DNA from: Octopus vulgaris
Taxonomy: Eukaryota
Direction of reading: 5' to 3'
DNA: 64,000 nucleotides
NCBI GenBank assembly: GCA_951406725.2
Contig: OX597823.1
Span: 71,796,001-71,860,000 of the forward strand
Shown in pieces: positions 14,070 to 28,150 of this stretch. The notes beneath the pieces were generated by a model that saw only the letters and a list, made by a program, of their open reading frames with translations, was not told the origin of the DNA and did no database searches. The first letter of the stretch is position 1. Every line of letters starts with the position of its first letter. Position numbers and translations under genes: made by a program.

Positions 14070-14562
14070 ACACCCGTTCGGCCTTGGTGTCGCTTGCAGA
14101 GTGGTTGGTATCTTTATCAACTGCACCCCACACATAATAATCTATGAGATTACAATTGGGGGAATTAAGAGGCCATAAGTTGGGGGTTGGTAAAGTCGAA
14201 GAAATTTTCCTACAACCACTTCTGACTCGTTCTGGAGGTATGGCAAGGAGCCGCATTCTGTTGCCACACATGTGGCCTTCCAGCAGCAAACGTCTCCAAC
14301 CAGGATTTGCTCACAGTCTCTAGCATCTTTTTATCTTTTTTAAAACTATCATATTAATATTTTAAGGGACAGTGGGTCCGTGCTGGCTATGACAAAAATG
14401 CCTGTGTCCTGTGCGCGTCGCGATGGACGAGGCATTTAGTGGGACCGCCCACTTTAAAAAAAGGGAAGAGACTATTAACGTCTATTAGAAAGTAGCCATC
14501 AGAATTTAGCCTAAAACCCTGTTCAAAGAAGTGAGGTGGCATGATGTCACCCTTACTGTCTC
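14070..14562 (-). mobile_element. Decayed Tc1/mariner-superfamily transposase fragment
   Basis: GDIMPPHFFEQGFRLNSDGY (about 14490-14550) and LWPLNSPNCNLIDYYVWGAVDKDTN (WPxNSPDxNPxDY motif). About 150 bp of unrelated insertion lies between them. Confidence 0.85.
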
Positions 14563-14599
14563 TTCTCAAAGCTTGTCGTTCTAGCGTTCATAATCTTCA

Positions 14600-14990
14600 C
14601 ATTGTTTTGGCTTAACAGCTCTCACCGTTTGTTTTTACTGTCTTGTTTTCACTGTCCTGTTTTTCTTACCACTTTCACCCTCCACAAAAAACCCCAAATT
14701 TTATTTAATTTGCTTTGCGGGAAGGATTGTCTTAACGAAGTCGCGTCTTGTCCTTACCTTCGGAACGCGGAGTAGAGGAAACAGGAGACAACTGATGAAG
14801 GGGAATGTTCTTTATGTTGTCTGTCTCGTTTCTATATTTGTTTCTTTCGTTGTTCGAAAAAAATGTTCGTTTTCTAATATTTTTGTTTTTATCTTTTCGT
14901 TTCTCATTGTGCCTACACTCTTTTGATGTCCTGTGCCCATATATGCATGCATATATGCATATATATGTAGGTATGTACATATATGTATGC
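14600..14990 (+). mobile_element. Dispersed non-coding repeat (other copies 16081-16300 and 52505-52860), probably PLE-terminus-like
   Basis: Shared segments GAAACAGGAGACAACTGATGAAGGGGAATATTCTTTATGTTG and TTTCGTTTCTCATTGTGTTC...GTCCTGTAC, ending in TA-rich tails. Confidence 0.6.
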
Positions 14991-15034
14991 ATATATGCAT
15001 ATATTTATATATTATTTATGTTAATATTATTATT

Positions 15035-15268
15035 GAGTGAGAGTGCAGTGCATGCCATCAAAGTGACACTGGGGTAAAATATACGAAGCCCAGTATACCC
15101 ACCATGACTACCCTTCTGATAAGGGTACACCAGGCACATGCATCACAACCGTATACGCGCGACATGGAGATCTCATATCAAGATAAACAGCACATGACCT
15201 TGCAGGTGGGGCCCAGTTAGAATTTTCTTCTGGTCGAGTAGCTCATCCCGCTCAAAAGGTCCCTGAAT
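15035..15268 (+). repeat. Dispersed repeat inserted in (TTA)n; truncated second copy at 25171-25261
   Basis: Both copies start ...TTATTATT|GAGTGAGAG..GTGCATGCCATCAAAGTGACACTGGGGTAAAATATACGAAGCCCAG. Confidence 0.8.
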
Positions 15269-15308
15269 AATGGTCGTTATTATTATTATTATTATCATTA
15301 TTATTATT

Positions 15309-15408
<100 letters not shown>

Positions 15409-16031
15409 CACACACATACATACAAACACATATACATATTCAAATTGAGTGAGTTGAAAACCGTTCCGCTTCCTCAATTTGTATTTTTATTTGCTTTCAT
15501 ATCAACTTTCGTTGCTAAACGTGAGCAATAGAGAAACTGTCAACTTATCGAATTTCCTTGTTAATTTCGATATGGGAATAAGTGTGTAACCATAGACGCA
15601 AATAAACTGTTATTATTCTTGATCATACACTGTCTACATTTTTTTACTTTTTGTCCCTACCACGGTCTACTTGAAGCTTACAAACTTCTTACTCTTAGTA
15701 TCCCTGGATCCTAAACTTATACAGGGGTATCATACCTACATAAAAACATACATACATTCAGATAGACAGACAGAAGAGACACACACACTAACGCGAGCGA
15801 GTGCACACACCCAGGCACGCACAAACACACGCGGGCACACGGCGGACTTGTTCCAGTTTCCGTCTACCAAATCCTGTAATAAGGGTTTGCTTGGCCTAGG
15901 GTTAAAGTAGGTACTTGACCGAGTTACAATGCAGTGGAACTGAACCTGGATGCATATGTGTTTGGGAAACCGACTTCTTACCACACAGCCACAACCGCGA
16001 TACACACACACAAACACATACATACATACAT

Positions 16032-16084
<53 letters not shown>

Positions 16085-16323
16085 CGAAACGTAGAGTAGA
16101 TGAAACCATAGCGACTGAAGAAGGGGTTTTTTTCTTTGTGTTACTCTATTTTTTTGTTGTTTAAAAAAAATGTCCAGTTCCTTGGGTTTGTGTCTATGTT
16201 TTCGTTTCTCATTGTGTTCGACGTCTTTTTGGTGTCCTGTACTCATATATGCGTGGATATGTACATGTAGAGGTAGGTACGTACATATATGTTTATATAT
16301 ATGCATATGTTTTATTTATTAAT

Positions 16324-16355
<32 letters not shown>

Positions 16356-16484
16356 GCGTGTGTGTGTGTGTATAAATGTATATGAATATATATATATATA
16401 TATATATATATAGATATATACACTTACATACATTTATACGTATATACATACATATATACACACACACACATATATATATATATG

Positions 16485-16523
<39 letters not shown>

Positions 16524-16524
16524 G

Positions 16525-16587
<63 letters not shown>

Positions 16588-17109
16588 CTTTGTAAGTATA
16601 TGTATATATGTATAAATACGTACATTCGTGCATACATTACATACACACATACACATACATGTATACACATGCACGCATACAATCACTATTACATTCTAAT
16701 TCCCAGATATTATTTCTGATAGGTTATTTAGCAGAAATATCGGTTTATATCAAAAGGTAACTTACACTCGGGAGAGGAGGTTGAGAGGGAGTCAACGTCG
16801 GGAACACAACGATTCCTATCGCTGGGAAATAATAAATAACATTATTAATTGTTGTATATTCGTTCAATTAATCAACAGGACGTACCCGATTGTTACCAGG
16901 CTTTAAGGGATCGACGTCATTTTTTTTTTCGACGTGTCTACGCATTACGCAGACGAAAATAATTACATACGTTCGTGCATACGTGCATACATACGTCCAT
17001 ACACAAGCAGCCACACATTCATATATATATAAACATGTATGTATATATAGGTATATATATGTATGTATATATATATATAAATATGTATGTATATATAGGT
17101 ATATATATG

Positions 17110-17149
<40 letters not shown>

Positions 17150-17209
17150 CAGATATATAAATATATATATATATGTATATACAGATATATAATTATATAT
17201 ATATATGTA

Positions 17210-17247
<38 letters not shown>

Positions 17248-17555
17248 TACATAGATACATGGACATACATATTGTGGTGTGTATTCACATATTTCTCTCT
17301 CTTTTCCCCTCTCTCTGTATGTGTATGTGTGTGTCTGTGTATGTGTAAATGCGAATGTATATGTAGTCAAAGTAATGCTCCGGCATGGCCGCAGTCTAAT
17401 GACCGAAACGAGAAAAGACAGAACAGTATATATATATAGATATACATTGACTCGCGCGCACGCACACACACACATACACACACTCACACACACGTGCATG
17501 TATTTATATATGTATGGTTGTATACACATGTATTTGTGTTTGTGTGCATACATAC

Positions 17556-17607
<52 letters not shown>

Positions 17608-18880
17608 GTATGTATATATATATATATATATCTAAAGGTACATGCCAACATGTCCAGGCAACATTGTTACAGATATGAAATACAGTCTATCAAAGACGCC
17701 TTAATCGACAAACGGTTTAATACATTAATCATGCTCTGATCATGAATTACACACATAATATATATATATATATACATACATGTGTATGTGTGTGTTTGTG
17801 TGTATACACATACATATGTGCGTGCGTGTGTGTGTGTGTTTGTGTATTCTCAAACGCATAATAAATGTGCAGGCAGAATATTATATGCTTATACATGGTT
17901 TGTGCATCGACAAAAGCACACACATGCAACATATGCAGACACACACGTGTATGCACTGGTACATGTTTTTTTTTTCCACCAACAAATATTTGTTTGCCCA
18001 TTTGTAAATATGTATGCTTACTTATATGTATATACATGTATGTGTTTATATTTACAGCACTTTACATAAGTGTTCAATCGTTTATCTGAAAAGGGCTGTA
18101 TTTCGAACCTGGTAAACCAGAAATGAATTTGACATTTCGTGGGGGCTGATCAGCTGAATATCTTGGACTAGATATTAGTATGCGTCGCAATTCCTTCAAA
18201 CAAAAGCGAAGCAGTCAAGAAAGAAGAAAGCTTTTGAAATGCGCTGACTTAAAAGTAGATGTATGAAGAATGAAATTTGCGCTAATTAGCATTTGAACAC
18301 TATAGTCAATCCCTTCCCCCAAAGTACACTCCCTCAAACGACTGGACATCAATATAGACACGTTTTGTGTTCCAAAAGTCATCCCGGATCGAAACAAATC
18401 ATACACCTTGAAAAGTGTTTTTTGGGGCCTTTTGTTAAGATTTCACATTCAATATGAAGAAAAAACAAAACCAAAACTATTTTTATTATTTTTCTTTTAA
18501 TAAATATATAAGCGCAGGAGTGGCTGTGTGGTAAGTAGCTTGCTTACCAGCCACATAGTTCCGGGTTCAGTCCCACTGCGTGGCACCTTGGGCAAGTGTC
18601 TTCTACTATAGCCTCGGGCCGAGCAAAGCCTTGTGAGTGGATTTGGTAGACAGAAACTGAAAGAAGCCCGTCATATATATATATGTATACATATATACAA
18701 ATTGAGATAGGGGTTGTAAATGCAACCCTCCATGTATACTCCTTTATGTACACTGTTTTGCCCTACTTTTTTATGTTTTACCCTATAGTTTCTTATGTGG
18801 TGGTTTAATAAAGTATGTGATTGAGTATTATCTGGTAATTGATATTTGATTTAGATGTATTTCTCCATTTTCTTATTTTG

Positions 18881-18936
<56 letters not shown>

Positions 18937-18942
18937 GTGTGT

Positions 18943-18993
<51 letters not shown>

Positions 18994-20372
18994 TGTGTGT
19001 GTCTGTGTCTGTCCACCCAACGTCGCTTGACAACCGATGCTGGTGTATTTACGCCCCCGTAACTTAGCGGTTCGGCAAAGGAAACCGATAGAATAAGTAC
19101 TAGGCTTACAAAGAATAAGTCCTGGGGTTGATTTGCTCGACTAAAGGTGGTGCTCCAACATGGCTGCAGTCAAATGACTGAAACAAGTAAAGAGTAAAGA
19201 GTATATCCGTACTGTGCTCTGAAATACAAACACAACACTAATAATAGCTTCAAATTTAGTTACAAAGTCGGCGATATTAGGGGCTGTGGTAAGTCGATTA
19301 CATCAACACCAGTGCTTAAATGGTACTTATTTTATCGACCGAGAAAAGATGACTGGCGTAGCTGATGCAGGCGGATTTTGAACTCAGAATTTAAAGACAT
19401 GACAGAAATACTGCTAGTCATTTCCCCCCAATACGATAACAATTCAGTCCTAAGGGTATTAAGTACTTCGCGGTGCATAATACCTGAGAGTTGTCTGTGT
19501 TCTGTACTCTTTCGCCATAACTTTCTCTCACTCTTTCATCTGTTGGCCTGGCGTCATTTGAAGGCTATAACAATGCGAAGCGCATTGTGACCAACATCTG
19601 ATTGCATGGTCGGTCACAGTGATCACGGTAATATATATATATAAATATGCATGAATGTGTACATATGCATACATCTATATAAAGACGATATATGTGCACC
19701 TTTCTTTGCGTGCGTGTGTCTGTGTTTGTCCCCCACCCCATAGCTTGACAACCGGTGCTGGTGTGTTTACGTCTCCGCAACTTAACAGATGTCAATCGAA
19801 TAAGTACAAGGCTTTTAAACATTAAGAACTGAGGTCGATTAACTCGACTGAAATTCTTCAAGTCAGTGCCCCAACATGGCTGCAGTTTAATGATTGAAGG
19901 AAGTAAAAGATGAAAGCTAACACACTCACACACACACACACTCATTACATTACATTACTGATGTTAAACCATCACTATGCTAACATTACGCGTTTCTTTC
20001 CTTGCTGTACGTATCATAGAATATAGTTTTATTACCCAACATTGTTTTACAACGGTTGTAAACAGTACATTTACAATATGTTCGTGAAAAGATAAAAAGG
20101 TTAGTGTTTGACAACACTATCCACACGCATTTCTTATAAATCTAGAGATATTAGAAGTTAAATTGAAATATACTGATTAAACCAATTTGTATACTTAATA
20201 CTTCCTAACACTTCCCTGTCAGCCTGATTGAGCATTAAATAACTGATTTGTTAACATCAATTATTTCATTGCTATAATTTACTATAAAACATATCGGCAG
20301 TTGAATTCGTCGTTACACTGTGTTCGAACCCGAACCAATGAACGCAATGAGTCTACTATACTGACGACGTCT

Positions 20373-21964
20373 GAAAAATTGTTTTAAGGCATTTGTTTCG
20401 GCTCTTTACATTCTGAGTTCAAATTCCACCGAGGTCAGACTTTGCTTTTCATTTCTCCGAGGTCGATTTAATAAATTACCTGTCAAATACCACTGTTGAT
20501 AGCATCAACGAAATCTCCTTTGAAAATTGCTGACTTTCCTTCTGCTCCTCCTGCTCCTCCTCCTCCTCACCCTCCTCCTTTTCCTCCTCTTCCTTCTCCC
20601 TTCACCCCCACCCTCGCTCCCTATCTCTATTCCTCCCCATCCTTTCCCAATCCTTCCCCCTTCTCCTCGTCGTCGTCATCATCATCATTATCATCATTGT
20701 CAGTATGGTCATAGTAGTTATGGGAACAGTATTATTATCAACGTGGTTATCATAATTAACATCATTCATTATATAGACCACAAGCATCAACATTTGCATT
20801 CGAAATCTAATGACTCCATAATAGACGCTGTGGTCATCGTCAGCAACAAAAACTAAAGCTTCAATAAAAATAACAAAAACAACGTGCATAATAGTAAAAA
20901 CAAAATAGAAAAACAAATACAGTAACTGCAGGAAACAAAAAAAAAAAAGAAAGAAAACGAAGCATTACCATCGCTATTAATATCAAATATCATCTGCTGC
21001 AACATCACTGAAAACATACCCTCTCACGTCCAGCCACTAATCTACCTCACACCGGAAGTTTTACCACATGCTTGATCAGCAGGTGTCAATAAAACAGAAG
21101 ATTTAAGAGAACATTTCTAAATGGCCGTCTCATTTCCGTCATTATTACGAGATTAGGACAACAAATACATTGAAACTGTTGCACGGGTTGAAGGTATGGG
21201 CAAGTATAGAGTTGCACAGTCAGTGGAATACTGGATTGAATGTCTAGTTATATTTAATCTTGATTTTGCAGTTTGACCCTCACAGAGTCACAAAGATGAA
21301 TATATTTGCCCAATGTTATACTGAGGTCGAATCACACGAATTCACACTCACTGCATAATTACAATCTTCTTTTCATTCATCTCGCAGTCTTCTTCGTCAT
21401 TTTCACAAGTATTACTTTAACAAAGAGCAACGTTTATAATCTTAACAGGTTTATGACATTAACAAAAAAAAAACCAAAAAACAAAACGAATCGCTTTGAT
21501 TCCAAAGAACTTTCCGTATGATATTTACAGATTAATGAACGGCAATTCTTTTCAACTCTCCTATCCGACTCAGCGTTTCAATAACTCACAGTCTCTTCAG
21601 CAGGTGTTTTGGCGGTGTTCTGTGGTGCTGTGCTTGCCTTCACCAATTGTTAACCGTTTCGACGACGAGTGCGACCAGAAGAGCAAATTTATTTATCACT
21701 GCAGATGAGGGATGCCAAAATATTGTTAAGTAGATCAGAAGGAGGGGAGCAGAGATAGGGGAGGGTAATTGGGGAGTGAGGAGGAGAAAGCGGAGGAGGA
21801 AAGTCAGCAATTTTCATAGGAGAGTTCGTTGATGCTATCAACAGTGTTATTTGACAGGTAATTTATTAAATCGACCTCGGAGAAATGAAAAGCAAAGTCT
21901 GACCTCGGCGGAATTTGAACTCAGAATGTAAAGAGCCGAAACAAATGCCTTAAAACAATTTTTC
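20373..21964. repeat. 168-bp inverted duplication (20373-20540 / 21797-21964, 4 mismatches)
   Basis: Direct base-by-base comparison. The arms are a diverged SINE-A fragment sharing private variants. Confidence 0.93.
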
Positions 21965-21999
21965 CTTAACAGCGTTGCAGGACATTCAGCAAGAGATTC

Positions 22000-23400
22000 A
22001 TAAGAAACTAATTTTTTGTATAAGTGTATGGGTTTGAAATTCATGTGAGTAGAGAGAATTGCAAAAATGTAAAGCAAAAAGCCGATGAAAGTAGCTAAGA
22101 TGCCGATTGTCTGCTCTGAGAACTTTATGCATGTATGCCAGACTTATATTCAGACGCCTTATCAAATAGCTACTGCAACTGGCAACTGAACGGGTATTTA
22201 CCGCGTTCTGTAAGTCTGAGAATAGAGCGATTGCTAAGGAAGGACGTGAATGTCTGGAGAGACAGGACAAATAACATCATGGGGAGCTGGGAGCAGGACG
22301 AACGGTTCTGTTAAATTGCTTGCAATTTGGTTCAGTCTGCACCTCTAGATGAATAAAAACTGGGAGGAGTTTACAAACATGGTGATCAGTCTTACTCAGA
22401 AACAGACTGAGAGTAAACTAACCTTGAAAAATTTGGCAGAGGCGACGATCTCATATTTCGCTTCTGTCCTATATCATCGCCTAGTTCCCGTGTGATTGGA
22501 CTTGAGCGCCTGCTCTTTTGCTCCTTATTGAAGGGATGCTTTTCGCTGGTCAGGCAGACCTTCTGTAATCGATATTTTTTGCAGGGAGGGCTTATTATGC
22601 TGTGGTTGCTATGTGCAGACATATGTTGAATCTGCAGTATCTAAAGAAATTTCTAGACGCTGAGCATTGAGGCATTTTGCCAGGCACGCGAAAAGTAAGA
22701 GTGGGCAATTGGAATCTGGAATGATATCAGGCACTCACCGACCTCTACCAGTCAGGCGGTCGATGAAACTTCCGTGTTTGCATTTTATTGATAATAAGTT
22801 ACGTGGAAGAGAGATGATGGTCTTGGAGAAACCCTAGACATCTGTTTAGCCTCCTCCGGCAAACTTTCGGCTCTAGGACTATGCATAACTTCCATAAATC
22901 CCTGGTGTAACAGCACTGTCGAAGTGGGGTGGGTATTAAACGAAACTCTATAGGCTCTAAAGTGCCGTCAGCTGCGCTTGACCAAGATGCGTTTAGGGCG
23001 GCAAAAATCTTTTGATTCGTAGTTTGTTGATTAGCTGTAGTCGAGAGTAGGTCGGATCTAGTTATCAGCGAAGTTCATCATAAACGTTCCCTGTTGTCTA
23101 ACATTCGCTGAGAAAGATAGGCAATTTTCTCTGGAAGGTGGTTATGACGAAATAGGTTGTGGGGTGGATGAAATTGAAAAGGCTGAGGACAGATACATTC
23201 CTCTCCAGTGAAGCCCTCCTCACCATTATGAAGTTTCACCTAGAGAAGAAAAGGAGGGTGGAGAGGGAAGTGCTGTTCTACTGTAAATACTTTGAAAGGG
23301 GGTGAGAATAGCGAATATGGAACCTTTTAACTGGCCTAATTTGGGTATGCGCCTATAAGCTTGGAAACTACATGTGAGAGAATTTATTTACCATTAGTGG
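22000..23400 (-). mobile_element. Highly decayed non-LTR retrotransposon RT region (tentative)
   Basis: Minus strand 23057-23034 encodes IRPTLDYS, resembling the RT thumb motif IRPxLxY. About 1.4 kb of repeat-free, more GC-balanced sequence with many stops. Confidence 0.4.
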
Positions 23401-23723
23401 TCAGGATCATTGTGATTTAATGAGATTTCCATAATTCACCCTAAACGGCTATGCTTCCTATTGAGGAAGTTTATTTGTTTGCAAATTTGTCTGTTACTTG
23501 TTTTTATCATCTGTTGTTTTTTATACATCATGCGCACCCCTCAATGTTTGTACCATTGTCTTCTTTGGTCCCTTTGGGCTAATAACGAAATCCTCTCCCG
23601 CTCTTCTTTCTCTTCCTCCCATAACTCTTTATCATCATTATCATTAGCAGAAGCAGTCTTCTTCTTCTTCTTCTTCTTCTCCTCTTCCTCCTCCTCCTTC
23701 TCCTCCTCCTCCTTCTTCTTCTT

Positions 23724-23754
<31 letters not shown>

Positions 23755-23757
23755 TTC

Positions 23758-23789
<32 letters not shown>

Positions 23790-24610
23790 TACTGCGAACT
23801 TGTTGAGATGCTTAAAAATCTTGGCTCCGAGAATTGCTAATGTTTACAACAATAACCGAAGGATTTAGTTTCCATTCTTTGATATTATTTCAAACAGAAG
23901 TTCTTGCTGAATATTTTACAATGTCTGTTTCATACCAGGGTAGATAACAAATTCGTTTTTTTTTAAATATTTCCATTTAATATTATCCCTTAACTGTATG
24001 CAAACTGGGCTGCATAATGTATGAGAAACGCTTCCAGAAGAATTTACAATCGGGTGGTGGTGGTGGTGGTGGGACTCCAAAACGAAACAAAACAAAGTAG
24101 TTCCAAAGTGAATATAAGAAAATGAATAAAAATATTAATGAATGCAAACAATTATTGTTTCGCAAAAAAAACACAACATAAACAACACTCTTTACAAAAA
24201 CAACAAACAACACTCTTGACAACAGCAACAACAAATACATACTTGGTCAAATGAACATACGGGACATATTCATTAAGCCTCCACATTCACAAATGTTCTT
24301 TGGATACAAACTGTTTTGTTGACAGTACTAAAGCTTACCAGCATTATGTTCGTATGACGAGTGCTAACCTGACATAGTATATGAAATATATGAGAGTTAA
24401 GTAAGAGGAAGAGAGCAATGTACCGGGATAATATCAAGTCCAAAGAATTCCTTATTCCACCAACAGATCTGGATATGAGCCAGATCGTGTGAAATCTACT
24501 TCATTTGGAGAGGGAAGGACTTATGATACCATATACATCATATTTAAAGCAAAGGGCGGGTCTAAAGCACCAGCGGTAATTGTACGTACGTACGTATGTA
24601 TGTATGCATG

Positions 24611-24644
<34 letters not shown>

Positions 24645-25101
24645 TGTATGTATGTATGTATGTATGTATGTATGTATGAAAATATGTGTGTATTTTCCCC
24701 TCTATTGTGCTCTTGCTTTAATCCCCTTCTTTTGTAATACTTGTTTAATGTTATGGTTTGGAGCCATAGATAAAAACACAAGAGTGGTAGAAGAAAATAT
24801 AAGACCAGGAAAGAAATTAAGAGGGACTAAGAGAAACAAAACGAAGATGGGTAGCTGAACAATGTAAGGACATTGAATACAATTTTTACCCTGAAACATA
24901 CACGAAAAGTCATTCCAATTGGTAAAGGGCTTTGCCTGTCATCCTTCCAGGATGATAAAAAAAAGTACTAGTCAAATATTGCGGTCAAAGATTCTTCGTC
25001 TTGTGTCAAAGTTAAAATAAGTACCAGTGAAACACCGGGGTCGATGTAATCGACTAGTTCCCTCCCTCCAAATTTCAGGGCCTGTGCCTTCAGTAGAAAA
25101 G

Positions 25102-25163
<62 letters not shown>

Positions 25164-25299
25164 CATTATTGAGTGAGAGAGTAGTGCATGCCATCAAAGT
25201 GACACTGGGGTAAAATATACGAAGCCCAGTATACCAATCATGACTACCCGTCTGATAAGGGTTATTATATTATTATTATTATTATTATTATTATTGTTG

Positions 25300-25358
<59 letters not shown>

Positions 25359-25360
25359 GA

Positions 25361-27222
25361 GCTAGTCTATGCTAATTTGATTAGTAGGAATATTATATTG
25401 ATGTTTGTTGACAACAAGTCTCCTCAGATCTCAAGAATTTGTTTTAGGATTCTTGCAGAGCGTAGGATTTTACTTTTATGCTGGGTCTAAAATGCAAGTC
25501 TGATTTTCAAGCTCTTTCAGCCTCCTACGTAGCATTTTGAGTTTTGCACGAAGTGCACCAAGGCAATAATTATCGTCTAGGTTATTTCTCAATTTTTTCA
25601 ATTTCTTTGGTAGTCACTTTTATCATAGAGAATTGCAAAACCCGTTTATTTTTTTCCTCTATAATCGTATCTAGTATTTTTGCTTTAATAGCAAGGTAAG
25701 TCTTTGTGGATGAGTCTCATAAGAGCCTATAATTCCCGTTTTCTATCACAGGTTCTGGTTCTTGTTCAAAACATTTTCTATTATTTCGAAGCTATACACT
25801 CAACTAACATCCCAATGCACTCTTTTGCCAACATAATAATGTCTGCAATGATACTCATTTTGTGTGTGTATACTGAACTCAGTCACTCAAGAGATGATTG
25901 ATACTTTCGTCTCCTTTCCTGCAGATTTTACGTTTGCTGTCTGACTGAAATTTGTCGATTTTTGCCTTTATCAAATTTGTCCTAATGGTTTGTTTCTCAG
26001 CGGTTTTAATTAGCATTTCGGTCTTTCATTCGGCGAGCTGGTAGAAACGTTAGCACGCCGGGTGAAATGCTTAGTGGTATTTCGTCTGCCGTTTCGTTCT
26101 GAGTTCAAATTCCGCCGAGGTCGACTTTGCCTTTCATCTTTTCGGGGTCGATAAATTAAGTACCAGTTACGCACTGGGGGTCAATGTAATCGACTTAATA
26201 CGTGTGGGTAGTAAAGTAAAGAAATAGGTATTTCGTTTCAGGTTTCTGTCCAGCAGCTAGAATCAGCGTTCTTTACTTCCTTCTTCCTCGGTTTGTTGCA
26301 TGAATTAACCGATAATATGCTCTCATTACTCTGTACAGTATAACATTTCAACCTAACTGTTGTCTTCTGTGTTTGTTAATCTTCTGCCTCCTTCATTTCT
26401 TGGTAGGTAGAATTTGTTAGTTTTTCTTTTAGGGTGCGTTGTGAGAAGCTTTCTAGTTTTTCTATGCAAGTCCTGCAACTCGATCTTTATCCATTTCAAG
26501 AAGGAGTCAAAGTACCTCAGTACTGGCATTGCCCCATGTACTTATAGCTATAATGATGTTCCACCAATTCAGTTATGTTTCGAACACATTCATAATCTTT
26601 CTCTTTAAAGACTTTCTCTCAATTTTTTCTTCCATTATCCTTTCGACTTGCAGTAGCCCTGGCTATTTGTGTCCCTCATCATTCCACAACGATCTAATGA
26701 TGTTCTGGCAATTTTATGCCATCGGACTTTATCTTCCGGCCTTTCTTCATAATTAGCACTGCGCACTTATTTACTCAAAACTGCATCCCAATATCTTTGC
26801 AGAACACTCTTAGAGTTTGGATCAAAGAATCCAGGTCTTTCTAATTTTCCTTTTGTATATAGCTTGAGGTCATCTATATAAAGCAGGTAATTTATTTTCA
26901 CCTTGGTTTAGGTAAGCTCATAGACAGGCCTTGGTTTTCCTCAGTATACTGTCAGAAGGATTAACGCAATGACGAAGAGTAGAAGACAAAGCGATCTTCC
27001 GGGAAAATGTCCCTGCATATTTTTAAGCTTCCAAACGATTCATTTGTACATGTCAGTTGGACTTCCCACATTCTTGTTGCTTTCTGGGAAAAGGCTGTTT
27101 ATCTTCTCATCGACTCCAAGCGTCCTCAGACACTTCAAGAGTCAGCAGTATAGAACATTGTCGCAAGCCTTTCTGTAATTTATGAAGCCAGCAGCTAAAT
27201 TCTTCTTTCTTATTCGAATCTC
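25361..27222 (-). mobile_element. 5'-truncated, decayed R4/Dong-clade (RLE) non-LTR retrotransposon; interrupted by a SINE at 26031-26225
   Basis: Minus-strand fragments: RKKNLAAGFINYRKACDNV (RT, about 27150-27215), KINYLLYIDDLKLYTKG (YxDD, about 26850-26900), CRKGDESINHLLS...VGKRVHWDV (CCHC zinc knuckle, about 25805-25935). Ends in (TAA)n. Confidence 0.85.
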
Positions 27223-27364
27223 ATATTATTATTATTATTATTTAGCGGTATTTCATCTGTCTTCACGTTCTGAGTTCAAATTCCGCCGAGGTCGACTTTG
27301 TCTTACATCCTTTCGGTGTCGATAAAATAAGCACCAGTAACCACTGGAGTGGTATTGTTCTAGA

Positions 27365-27960
27365 GAATGTTTAAGAAAACACAAGAAAATAAGTTTGTTT
27401 TAAAATTTGAGATTACATAGACAGTATTTTATGTAGAATATGGGCAGTTCCCATGAGCACTATCTTTTGAATTTCTGCCATTTTGGGGTTTCCTGGTATG
27501 TCAGGTAGGTAGGAATCAACCACTTTGCTATTATTCTTAGGACACCTATGATAACAGGCACTGTTTTAGTCTTGAGGTTCCACATTTTGTCAATTCCTAT
27601 TTCAAGATCTTTATACTGGTTCAGTTTTTGGTAGGTCTTGATAGATACATCTATGTCAATTGGGACAGTCATATGAATGAGACGGCATGATTTTTGTCTG
27701 AAGTCTTTCAATATCATGTCTGGCCTATTCGCATCTATCTTTCTGTCAGTTTGAACGGTGAAGTTCTAAAGGAGTGAGATGTGATCATTTTCAAGCACTG
27801 GAGGTGGTTTGTGTTCCCACCAGTTTTTATCATGGAGCAGGTTCAAGTTTTTGCAAATTACTCAGTGAATATATTGTGCTGCTCTATCATGCCTGTAGAT
27901 ATACTCTGTAGGCGCAAGAAGAAAGCACATAGGGACAACATGGAGTCAACATGATCAATG
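27365..27960 (-). mobile_element. R4/Dong-type LINE 3' fragment (zinc knuckle plus restriction-like endonuclease)
   Basis: LAPTEYIYRHDRAAQYIH.. and RPDMILKD...MTVPIDIDVSIK..QKLNQYKDLEI..KMWNLKTKTVPVIIG (ORF 27460-27717). Confidence 0.85.
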
Positions 27961-28093
27961 GTTTCATTTTGATTATTATTATTATTGTTATTATTATTAC
28001 AACAACACACGAGATGTGCGAAATAACAGTCGCATCCTTCTTTATTGTTTTTCTTACTTTCTGGAAGGGTACCATCAACATCAATCCATCAAA

Positions 28094-28150
<57 letters not shown>

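Noticed and set aside
14790-14830. Intact hammerhead at CUGAUGAAGGGG
   Set aside because: No downstream GAAA, stem III or cleavage triplet; it folds as a simple hairpin.
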